NCBI GenBank assembly: GCA_002269645.1 | Contig: NIVC01004714.1 | Coordinates: forward strand, 1-37,258 | Length of the DNA stretch: 37,258 nucleotides | Reading direction: 5' to 3' | Source of the DNA: Macrostomum lignano | Lineage: Eukaryota | In this document: positions 1 through 10,579 of the stretch, one piece after another | Position numbering within the stretch: the stretch's first letter is position 1 | Layout of the letters: the number at the start of each line of letters is the position of its first letter | Translations under genes and position numbers: made by a program | Notes under the pieces: model-generated | Told to the model about the DNA's origin: nothing | Database searches by the model: none | What the model saw: the letters and a program-made list of their open reading frames with translations, nothing else

Positions 1-45
1 GTTTCAATGTTGTTCCTATATTTTATACTTCTGATTTTGCAGCAG

Positions 46-2025
46 GTTGCTGAGGAGCTGCTATGCCCGTGTGCTTGGATCCCTACAACGACCCGTATAT
101 GTGTGCATCCATCACCATAGCCTGTGCCGCGAATGCTACAAATGATTGTTTCGACAGCTGGCAGTGACATCCCGCAGTGTCCGCAGTGCCGAGAGAAATT
201 GACCAGACCCGTTGATAATACTCAACTGCGCCGTCTGGTGGAGGCTCACCAACAGCAATCTCAGCAGGCGGTCCAATGCCAGGACTCTTCCTCTGGCGGC
301 ATCTGTGCTCGGCGTAGTGCTGAGCGATGCGGGCACTGCGAGCAGAGCTTCTGCGCGCAGCACTTCATCGCTCATAAAGAGCAGTTTCAAGTGCGTATGA
401 AATTCACTGTTTCTTTATTGTTTTTTAAGGTTCTCGCCTCTGAAGATTAATTTTTAGGTTCTTAAATGCGATCACTGATTTCAGACCGATTGCGTTGAGC
501 TTTTGTCGGCTGCAGATGAAGCAGCTCAGCAGTCAGAGATTCGACAAGAGTGCTAACGAATGGGAAGTCTTTATTCAAAGCTGTGTAGCGCATCTGATTG
601 AGAATTCGAGACTGCAGCGATTAATTCCCGAATCCTGGCTCGACGATGCATCCCGGAGGCACGCCGAAGATTTACGAAGCACCCTCAACGCCGGTGACCT
701 GCGGGCAGCCAGAGTTGCCTATGATGAACTCAGGATGGCCAAAGCGAGATTCGACCAGCAAGGACCGCCTCGCGAGATCGTTGGAGAGCTCAGCCGAGAT
801 GCGTTGTTCTCTCTGTTTCAAGAGAAGCTTTCAGCCCTGCTGAACGAAGCTGAACAGGTGTACCTTGACGGCATCTACGGCTTGGTCGAACGCGTTTGCC
901 ACATTGGAATTTCCACAGTCAAGCTGAAGATTGGGAAAGAGATACAGAAAATTCCGAGCTCAAATGCCGGCTTAGTTTCGTCCTGCCCGGTCGAGGCAGT
1001 CACTTCACTCCCTATGTTGACCTCAAAGCCATTCGTGCCGAGCAATTTGAAAGGGACATTCTGATTCGTTTCGATTTCCAGCAGCAGTTCGACTACAGCA
1101 CCATCAGTATGTCGAACGGTCTGGCCATTTTGGCGCAGTTTCTGCAGAGAGGACCGATTGAACTGCCGTTCTGTCTTCAGATGAAGTTTAAGGAGAGGCT
1201 GGCCTCCGGGGTGGCTGAAAATACCTACTGCAGCAGAATGTATCAACTCGCAGCTTTGCTGCCACTGGCGGAGGCGATCAGTCGTGGGGAGAGCATCGAA
1301 AACGTGGAGTGTCCTTGTGAGCTTCTGAATAATGTACACTTTAAATTACCTTTGTCTACTGAGTCATGACCCTGTTAATTAAACTACAAAAGCTTTTAGT
1401 GTAAAATGCACCAAAAACTCGCGAAACTAACTTTTCTGGTTTCTTAGAAAATATTTGGATTCTGGGCTTGCGCAAAAAATGCAATGCTGTCATGCTGAAA
1501 TAGGAAATAGCTTCTCTTCAACACAAATGATAATAATATTAGTTTTTGTAGAAGCAGATTGATAGTAAACTTTTCTGCTGGTTAGATCAGAGGTATTTGG
1601 AAAGAGTACTTAATTGTTCAAAATCAATAGTTTTTTGCTTTATGAACTAATTAGATAGAAATTGACTTTTACAACTGTAATGCGCATACAAAATCAAGGA
1701 TTTACAGAAGTTGCCCTGTCTGTCTAATGAGTGTCTGACTGGTGGAAATTAACGTTGAAAACGTGAGCTCCTAGCTCGACCGTAAAGACCAGCTGACGCA
1801 GTGCAATTAGCCAGTCGTCGTTGAGCCAGCTCCGGCTTCTTCTGAGATTGAATCTCCAAGAACCAGCCTTAATTGGTCTTTCCCGCAGTGCTGGATGAAA
1901 ATGAGGCACCTCGCGGATGTGTCACGGTGTCCACCAACCTGCCGTGTCTGCTGAACCAAGTCTACCGGGAGCTGCCGGCTGAGGAGCAAAGCGAAGTTGA
2001 ATTGAGGCTTCGAGGAGAAGAGTAA
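46..2025 (+). CDS. TRIM-like protein: RING, B-box, helical region, C-terminal RPGR1_C-type C2 domain. Exons ~46-390, 516-1316, 1889-2025; ~428 aa after repairing four 1-nt deletions. Start not visible in the window.
   Basis: Across frames the RING reads VAEELLC[P]VCLDPYNDPYMC..HHHSLCREC..K MIVSTAGSDIPQCPQCRE. The B-box-like motif is C..CARRSAERCGHCEQSFCAQHFIAH. Splice sites: caa|gtgcgt (390), ctgcag|atg (516), phase-1 cct t|gtgagc (1316), cgcag|tg (1889). The C2 segment KCRLSFVLPG..FDFQQQFDYS..LAEAISRGESIENVECP plus the last exon GCVTVSTNLPCLL aligns with the RPGRIP1L C-terminal C2 in this window. Confidence 0.72.
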
Positions 2026-3222
2026 TTTCGTTTGTCCGAAGTCAAAATATGGTAAAATTGAAAGGTTGATTAGTTCGCTAACGATGAAAACTGGAAACTA
2101 TGGCGTTGTCTGAACAGATTTTAAAAAACTTTTTTGAACAGTAATTGTTTCTTCAAATATTACTCCAGTGGCTGTCTACATGTATATTTAAACAACTTCA
2201 TACAATACTATCGCCGTAGTATTTCTGTTCTGACCTCAGTTGGTGCCTCAAAAGGCGTGACTACGCACTTCTTTCAAGCTCAGGAAGCAGGAAAATATTG
2301 GATTGCTATTAACTTTTCGCAAAAAACTTTTTGTCAATTTTTATAGAAAATATTGGAAGAGATTATTTAGCTAGCCAGGAGTTTTACACATGATTCTTTT
2401 TGTCAAGAGTACGAGCGAATTATTCACTGTGCTCGTATTGTGTTTTAGATATTCTATTTATTCTAGAAAGTTTTTTAGGGTGGTTTGTAGCTCGTAGGTT
2501 TGAACGCACTCATCTTGACGTCGTCCGTTTTTACATTTCATCATCAGCATCTTTCAGAGTCGTGTGGTGAGGAAAACACACGCTTAGTTGCCTATTTAAG
2601 GCATAAAATGATTTCTTTTCGAGTCATTGTATAATTATAACTTTAAACCAACTGGTTAATTAAGCGTCTTTTTCAATTGTTTGTCTCCAATTGTCGCCGT
2701 ATTCACGCTCGTATTTAACTAAATGGAACGTATTACGAGCTAAAAAGCATATATATTTTGAATTATCGAAGTGCGTATTTTTTTAGCCTCAAAACTTATT
2801 AATCATGTGAAGAACAGTTTAGTTTCATAAAACGCTTTTTGGGGTACACGCGATAGTAGAATTATTATACTGTGTAACCTTACAATCAATGATATATACA
2901 CGCTCAAAAAATCGCTTATTTTTAAGCAAAACAAAGAGTTCTTATTAAAAATTATCCATAAAACTTTGTTTAAGTTACTTACGGGGATAAGGCACGTATA
3001 GGCACTTTATCAGATACCTCGTGCAGAATCAAACAGCTTAAAAGTTAAAGGCTGCATTATTCGACTCGAACTCACATGCAAACTAATCACAGACAAATAA
3101 AACAAGAGATATAAAGTGAAAATCGATATGAATCCAGTATAATATGGAATTAAAAGTCAGGTGGTGAGTCACCTTTTGAGAGATGAAAGCATAAAATTAA
3201 GTCTTTCAGACTCAAAAAAATA

Positions 3223-4227
3223 TCACTGCATTCCATACTCACTTTTAACGTGATGAAGCAGCCGTGGCAGGCTGGTTTCAATCGCGATGCTGCCAATCTT
3301 CTTCTCGTTTTGAATGACTGAAATGAAAACGTTGATTGAATCTGGGGTGATTAACAGTAAAATACATTTTTTCTTTGTTGGATTGTGTTTTAAATGGTGT
3401 TTTAGAAATCGAACAAACTCGGAGAAGAAGTATAGCTCGTAGATCTATTTTTACCGTTACAGAAAATATAAAAACTGACACTCTGCGGAACCTTTGTGAG
3501 AATTCTATTCATCGGTTGATTTTTTATAATTCGGCTAAAGTAACTTGGTCACTCATTTAGTTGTCAATATATGATCCACTACACAAAACTTTAATGCCTT
3601 ATAAAAGACCCACGAAACATTTCAAACGTCTGTAGACCCCACGTCGATGTACGTCGCAGGCAATTGGGTATTTTGACGTTAAGCCGAAGGACAATGACAT
3701 CATGCGTAGGTCAGAATTCGATGTAATGTATTAAATGTATCAAATCTGCCCCCAACATAGATGGACGTCGAAAACGTCTGCTGACCTAAATGACTTCAAA
3801 TTGCAGACGGGAGAGAGAAATCTCTAAATCTCACGTGGAAACTCGTTCCAGATGCAGCGGTCCTGTTCGATACTGGGTTGCAGGCCGACACTGGCCTCGC
3901 ACAAGTCGCCGGCTGCCTCAGAAGCCAGCGTGAATCGAAGCTCGACTGGATCAGCCAGTAGCAAGCTGGTTAGCTGCTTCCTCATTCCTTCTTCTGAGTA
4001 ATCGAAGCGCCATATATAGTCGAAGTTTAGGCGATAATCTCCAGGCTGAGACCACCCGGGTCTGGGGATGAGCACGCTGGGCGTGTGCGTATCCTCAGAG
4101 TCGGAATAGCCAGGTAGATTGAAGTAAACATAGCAGTTGTTAAGTTTGGGATTTTTCAAGGCCTCACTGTTCTCCATTAGATGCACAGTTGATATGGCGA
4201 TGTCGCAGTGCCTCGAAACACTTTTCA
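3223..4227 (-). other. C2 module 5 (4227-3835 + terminal exon 3317-3223)
   Basis: RHCDIAISTVHL..FNLPGY..PRPG..FDYS..NEFP | LIQNEKKIGSIAIETSLPRLLHHVKSEYGMQ*. Confidence 0.78.
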
Positions 4228-7200
4228 CTGTGAATGGTTTTTGTGTTTATGCTTTTTCTAGAATTTGAAGCGTTTACAAGCGTTAAAAGTCGAAAATACT
4301 TACTCCTATAATTCAGATGACTTCTGATGCTGATAGGTACAAATCTAAGTAGAGATTTTGGTAGCTCACGGCCGATCTCCAGTAGCAAGCTGGGCAAATC
4401 CGTGCTGATTTTGATGCTGCCCACCTGCTCGGTCCTCGCCATTACTAAAAGTTTTTGATAAAATTCATTACAAAATCCGAAATTCATATTTACCGTATAC
4501 GCTTAACCAAGAAAAAAGCAAGTTTACACGCACCAGGAAATCTCTCGTCTCTAACATCTACATGTACTTCACGTCTTAAGTAATCATCGAGTTTTATGAT
4601 AGTCCTTCCCAATTCAGTCTTAACGAAAGAGCTTGCCAAGTTTGGTGATTTGCAAAATACTTTGAACGCGATCTGCAGGTTTCCCTCGAGAATCGACTTG
4701 GCCAGCATCAGGCGGTTTTGGTAGTTGCCTGTCATGCTGTAGTCGTAAGTCTTTTCAAAATTGAAAGCAAGAAGGAACCCGTTTTTCGGAGATTGCACCG
4801 AATTCAGGACTGGTCTCAAAAGAGACGTCATTGTTTCTTGAAGCTTGAAGCCGACTAGGTCAAATGCTACGTAGCACTTTCCCTTGCCAAGCTGTGAATT
4901 TGTCAAGACTTCAGATGAGCCGTTCAGTTGCACGTCAGCTATTCGCACAGTGCAGTTCTCAACGAAGGCTTCATCGATTTGCGAATAGGCTGATTATTAC
5001 CTGTAATCGAAAGGTACATGTCTGTCGTATCTATGGGAATGCATAGTTGTAAATATGAAGCCTCATTTATTTAATAGTTAAAAATACAAGGATAGTTCGA
5101 CATTGTCTCACCCTCGGCTTCATTTTCCTCAGCAGTAGGTTTTTGGACGTCCTCAAACGAGTCTAACCGTTTCCTGATCGAAATTAGCAGACTCGGCAGG
5201 CTCATGCTGATTTTGATGCTGCCAACTTTATTACCGTTTGACAGTACTAAAGTTACAAAGCGATACATTTTAATGCGACAACAATTCGGACACTATCAGC
5301 ATGTGATGCTAAAAGCCATCTAGCTTTTTACCAGACAGTATACATTTTTTTAAACTCTTGAAACTTGACTGAAACCTGCATTGCTTGCATACGAGTACTA
5401 AGAACTCATATTAATATACGACCAATGCCATCATATCACACTGGGACTACTGAAATAAAGGGTAAACCACCGTTGGACTAACAGGGAAAGCCACCCACTG
5501 TCTATCTACCGATCTAAAAAAACTCACGTGGAAAGCTTTGTTTTCGAATATCCTCGCCTCGAGCAACAAACTCGTCCATTTTGACAGTCGCCTTGCCAAG
5601 ATCCATGTAGAATTCACTCTCTGAGTCGGACGGCTCGCAAGCTACCACGAACGGAATCTCGATGCACTTTCGTCTTAAAAGCAGCATAGTTAATATTTTT
5701 CTCTTGCTTGCGCTGCTGTAGTCGTAGACTCCTTGGAAATTGTAGCTGAGGCAGAACTCCTCAGGTCGCGACCGGCCCGGCCTGGGCGTCGGCACAGATC
5801 CGGGCGTTTCCGTCTCCTCGCTTCGGAAACCGGGTAGCGAGAAGAGCACGGAGCACTTGGTGTTGTCGAGTTCTGGCTTCCTCAAAACATCGCTTGTTTC
5901 ACTGAGCTCCACATTGAATATCTGGACTTTACAGCTTTCCATAGTGAATGAAACTAAACCTAGTAGCTTTTTTAAGTCGTTCTAATTCTGTCTGGCATCA
6001 TTTAAATAGCAAGTTCGCAAACTGCAACTTCAGCTGAACTTTGGAATCTAAGAGGGAAGGTGAAGTTCTTAGGTAAAAATTGTCCACCTTAATGAACTCC
6101 CACTTTCTCTGAGTAATTTGGGCTCTGGAATAATATTAGCAAAAAATGAAGTCAGAGATCTTCTACGTGCTGCAAAAGCCAATCTTCCTTTGTGCGAAAG
6201 AGAGTTAGAAATTGTCAGAAAAGTGGATGCGCTGCACACATCTTTGAGTACGTCATTGTGCATAATAAAATGGCAGCACTAAAATTAGCAGCTTACCCAA
6301 ATGAAGTTCGCTTGATATTTTCTATTTATCTACCAAAATATAAAAATAAAAACGCTGAAACAATATCTAATTCATAATATAATCAGAATATAATTCTGAA
6401 TTAGAAATAAAAACAAAAATTGCAAACTTATTCACTAAGAATCTACGATACACACACCGTAAAACATAACAAACGAGATTCTCTATAGATGTACATGTTA
6501 GTACAGAAAATTTAATTTAGAAATAACCTGATGCATCAGTTACACAACCAATGAGCATATGCTTACATGTAAAGTTGAGCAAAATGTTAGTAGCATGTAC
6601 AGCTGATTCTAACGAGCGCACTGGTTTGATTATAGCTCTCATAACTTTTTTAGCAGAATTTCAAACCACTTGGGCACTTTGAAATTGATAAGCTTTCTAG
6701 CTCTTTAAAAAAGTTATTGACTTTTTTTTACCCTCTGGTATTTCATCGCAGATTTCCCGCAGCAGACTGGGCAAGTTGGTGCTAATCGTGATGCTGCCAA
6801 CAACTTCATCTCCGTTCAGTACTGAAATAATAAAAAACGGCGTGTCTGGTGAACGACGCGTCTACTCGACATGTCCACTCAAAGCCCATTCTACTGAATT
6901 TTAAGCACGCACAAACATGAAAACAATCATAAACTCATCAACTCAATCATGAAATTATCAACTCAATCATGATATCATCAACTCAATCATGATATCATCA
7001 ACTCAATTATGAATCATCAACTCAATTATGAGATCATCAACTCAATTATGAATCATCAATGTAATCATGAGATCATCAACGCAATCAATAAATCATCAAC
7101 TCAATCCATAAAATCAACAACTCATTTTTGAAATATTCAACTCAATCATGAGATCATCAACGCAATCGTGAAATCATCAGCTCAATCAATGAATCATCGA

Positions 7201-8537
7201 CTCGATCATGAACTCCTGAACTCATGAATTTGATTATCATCAAAAGCGTGGATCATTCAAAATTAAGACCACAAAAGAACATCAAAAGTTAGCTAGGATA
7301 AAAAATCAAAGCGAATAAACTAATTAATTAACATGTCTTGAAAAAACCTACACGGAAAGCTCTCGTCTTGAATGTCCTTGCCATCAGACACACGATCTTC
7401 GAGCTTGACGACCGCAGTGCCAAAATCCAAGAAGAACTCGCTGTCCTGATCCTCCGCCTCGCACACCAAGGTGAACGGAAGCTTAACTGGACTCGCCATT
7501 AACAGAGTGGCAAGCTGGATCCGCTTATTGTAATTTGTATCGTAGCTGTAGTCAAATCTCTTCTGGAAGTTAAACCTAAGATGGAAATCTTTTGCCTTGG
7601 TCCAGCCTGGTCTTGGCGTTGGTAGCGAGAGAGAAGTCTCCGTTTCGTCCATATCAAAACCAGGTAGATCAAAGGACACAAAGCTGTTGGTGTTGTCGAG
7701 CTCGGGATTCTGTAGAGCTCGGCAAGATTGCTCTAGCTGGACACTCGATATACAAACTGTACACATCTCGCGCGAGTCTGCTTTAGAAGTCGACTGAGTC
7801 TTCCGACTGAGTGCTGAAGTTTGTTTCAGGTTTCAAACTCTTATTGAGAGTGTCTTTACGAGAAAATGACGAATAAATACAGAGTAAAATGGCAACAATA
7901 AAGCTTAAATTCTCACAGTCTTTAATATGATCATCGGCAGCTGGATTCGTTTCTATGCAAACGGCGAGCAGTAAGCTGGGCATACTTGTGCTCAGCTTTA
8001 TCGTGCCAACTTGCTCTTTGTAGTAGGAAAGCACTAAAATATAAAACATCCGATTGATAGTAGTTAAGGAACTGATTTCAATTGATTACCTACCGGTATT
8101 TTAAAAATATAACATTCTCAACCCGCACCAGGAAAGCTTTCCTTTTGGACGTCGTCCTTTCGAGCAATTCTATTATCGAGTCTGACAACGGCTCGGCCCA
8201 GATTAACTTCACTTTGCGATTCGTCCGGTAGGCAAATCAGGGTAAAATTGACATCAGCATGATACCGGCTGAGCATGTCATCCAGAGCCTGTCGCTTGCC
8301 TCTGCTGGAATAGTCGTATGAACTTTCGTAATCGAATTTCAGGACCAGATCCTGGCGTGTGGACGCTCCTGGTTTTCGGGTCGGCAGGATGGCGGGGGTC
8401 CTGGTGGCCTCCAGCTTATAGCTTGGCAGATCGAAAAGCACGTAGAACTTCGAACTTCTCAGATTCAATCCTGCCAAATCAGGGCAAGTCTGGTCGAGCC
8501 GGACGCTGAATATTTTCACCACGCAGCTTGATTCCAT
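3223..8537 (-). CDS. Predicted ~909-aa protein of five tandem RPGR1_C-type C2 domains. Exons 8537-8129, 8033-7917, ~7813-7352, 6821-6732, ~5959-5528, 5246-5112, 4989-4534, 4444-4304, 4227-3835, 3317-3223.
   Basis: Five homologous ORFs share C.V.I..V.L, LPG, TPRPG, F...YDYS, PF..vCE and FP motifs. Each is followed by a small exon with VGsIkIS..LPSLL. All nine introns are GT-AG and phase 1, and the exon sum (2730 nt) is an open frame. Acceptors at 7813 and 5959 are less certain. Confidence 0.7.
4304..4989 (-). other. C2 module 4 (4989-4534 + 4444-4304)
   Basis: ENCTVRIADVQL..FDLVGF..FNFEKTYDYS..ERFP | VMARTEQVGSIKISTDLPSLL. Confidence 0.78.
5112..5959 (-). other. C2 module 3 (~5959-5528 + 5246-5112)
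   Basis: MESCKVQIFNV..LPGF..TPRPG..EFCLSYNFQGVYDYS..QSFP | LLSNGNKVGSIKISMSLPSLL. Confidence 0.82.
6732..7813 (-). other. C2 module 2 (~7813-7352 + 6821-6732)
   Basis: MCTVCISSVQL..FDLPGF..TPRPG..FDYS..ESFP | LLNGDEVVGSITISTNLPSLL. Confidence 0.8.
6925..7230. repeat. Degenerate ~19-20 bp minisatellite (ATCATCAACTCAATCATGA[G/A/T]), ~15 units, in the intron splitting C2 module 2
   Basis: Tandem units read directly from the sequence. Confidence 0.9.
7917..8537 (-). other. C2 module 1 (large exon 8537-8129 + small exon 8033-7917)
   Basis: MESSCVVKIFSVRL..FDLPSY..YDYS..ESFP | VLSYYKEQVGTIKLSTSMPSLL; gccATGg start context. Confidence 0.8.
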
Positions 8538-10579
8538 GGCTCCGCTGTAAAATCCGCATAAAATCCATGTAAAATTCAGATATTATTAGTTTGATAAGAG
8601 AGTTCTCGCTGTTTCTAGAAAATTAAAGAACCTTTTTTTCCAGAATGTTCTGAATTACTGATTGACTGAATTACTGAATAAATTTGTTTGAATTACTGAA
8701 TAACTTTGTTGTTATACTCGTGAAATCTCAGTTTGTTGAAATGAAGAAAAAACAGCGAGAACTTTCTTATCAACCGAATATAATTATTATCAGTTGCTCT
8801 TTCTGCAAGCTTACCCAAATTGATGGTTCTTTGCTATCAAGACTTGCAGTCAATATAATCGTACTTGCATATATGATTACGAACTTATACACTGCTACAG
8901 AGGTATTCTGAAACTTTTTCTGCATTGTGTTGGCTTTTTAGCGAGAGACAGTTTGCATTTTGAAAGACTCACAATTCGTTCGGATGGATGGACGTATGTA
9001 CGAGTGAGCGCTCAGAAAGACTTACTCATGCATGATATGTGAGAGAACCATTTAATTTCGACAAATCTTACACTATTCATCAGTGGTCTATTGTACGAGT
9101 ACATTAAACTGCCTGCCAACTCTCTCAACTTAGCTCTTATTGTGGAGTATGTGCGTACTCAGCATCCACATCTAGTCTGTCTGAGGTTTGCGTCCACTTT
9201 TTACAAAGCATTCTTTTATTAAAATGCGTCTAAACAGTCTCTAAGCGTAGCTTTCTGTATGCTAGAAAGACTACTGCACTCGTACATCCGTTTTAGTAAG
9301 TTACATGTATTTTTAATTTTTCTCAAAAATAGTGCATCAAACCTCTAAAGGACAGTTAATTGCTCGCTTTCTTATTTGAAAGTACAACAGGCGAAATATT
9401 ATAAATTTTGTCTTATAAGCTTTCCATCTCCCTAATGAGAAATCCTCGAACGAACTTTTAAACTGCATCCTTTAGATATCCATAAAAACTTTCTCAAATT
9501 TGATTCCCACGTACACCGCCTTTCTGACAAAATACTTAGATTGTACTATGGTAAATAATAAATAAAAGTCCATTCGTGCCAATGCTGCAATTCCACTTGC
9601 ATTGTTCAAAAACAGGTCTTTTGAAAGAGATTTTCTTACCATGTTATACTCAGAATCTAAAAGTATTTTTGCATATACTGCATTTAGGACTGTATGGTAT
9701 TGAATGATGGGTCTTTGATCGAACCAAAAAGTCTGAATTTAGAGCAAACCTTATTTCTTAGTTTTTGAATTTGCTCGTATATTTTCTATCCGATATTTCG
9801 TGTCAGCTGATGGAGAATCTTTCATAACTCTAAATAACTTAACCAAATAAGCATTATTAGAAGAGGATATAGTTAAAATTAGATTTAAAATTTTCTCAGA
9901 TCGACAACCGGCACATCTTAGGCGCATAACCCTTAGAAAAGCGTTTATTTCGCTTTTGAGTTACAAAGCAATTTTTAACTTAACTTTATCCCTGCTCGTC
10001 GCAATCGCGCTAAAGTAGTTACGCTCGTAGAAGTAAAAATATCAAATATTCAAGTCGGTAAAGTACGAGACGCAGCATCTGTGATAGAAGATAGACAGGT
10101 TTTTTTCAACATTTTTGTAGAAAATCACAGCGAGAAAGCGAAAGATCAGGCGTCGAAATAATAAATAAAATAGTTCTTAAGAGTACGAGCGTATTCCTTT
10201 ACATAAACGTGGTGCGAGGTTTCTGAGAGTGCATGTTTACTCTTACAGAAATACCGAAAAGAGACAGTTCGTCTAAATTCTACCACAAAGTACCTTAACC
10301 GAAACGGGAACGAACCAGAAACTATTAGCAAGACACTCCAGGTGCCGATATTACCAAGCTACCATAACTAGCCATAAATCTAAAAAACTAGAAAATACGT
10401 AACACCATTTAGCTTCAAAACATGACACGTGCCAGACGTTATTATAACGTACAACAAAATCGCAGTGTACTATGATGAGAATCGCATAAAGGTAATAAAA
10501 TATCTGCAGGTTTTTTACAAAATCCATTATACTAAAATCAAGTCTAAAATGTCTTTAACAGCCAGAAGACAGAGCAGGA

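Noticed and set aside
3223-8537. Treating the C2 array as an assembly artefact or collapsed haplotypes
   Set aside because: The copies are strongly diverged in protein and intron sequence and differ in intron length, which does not fit duplicated reads.
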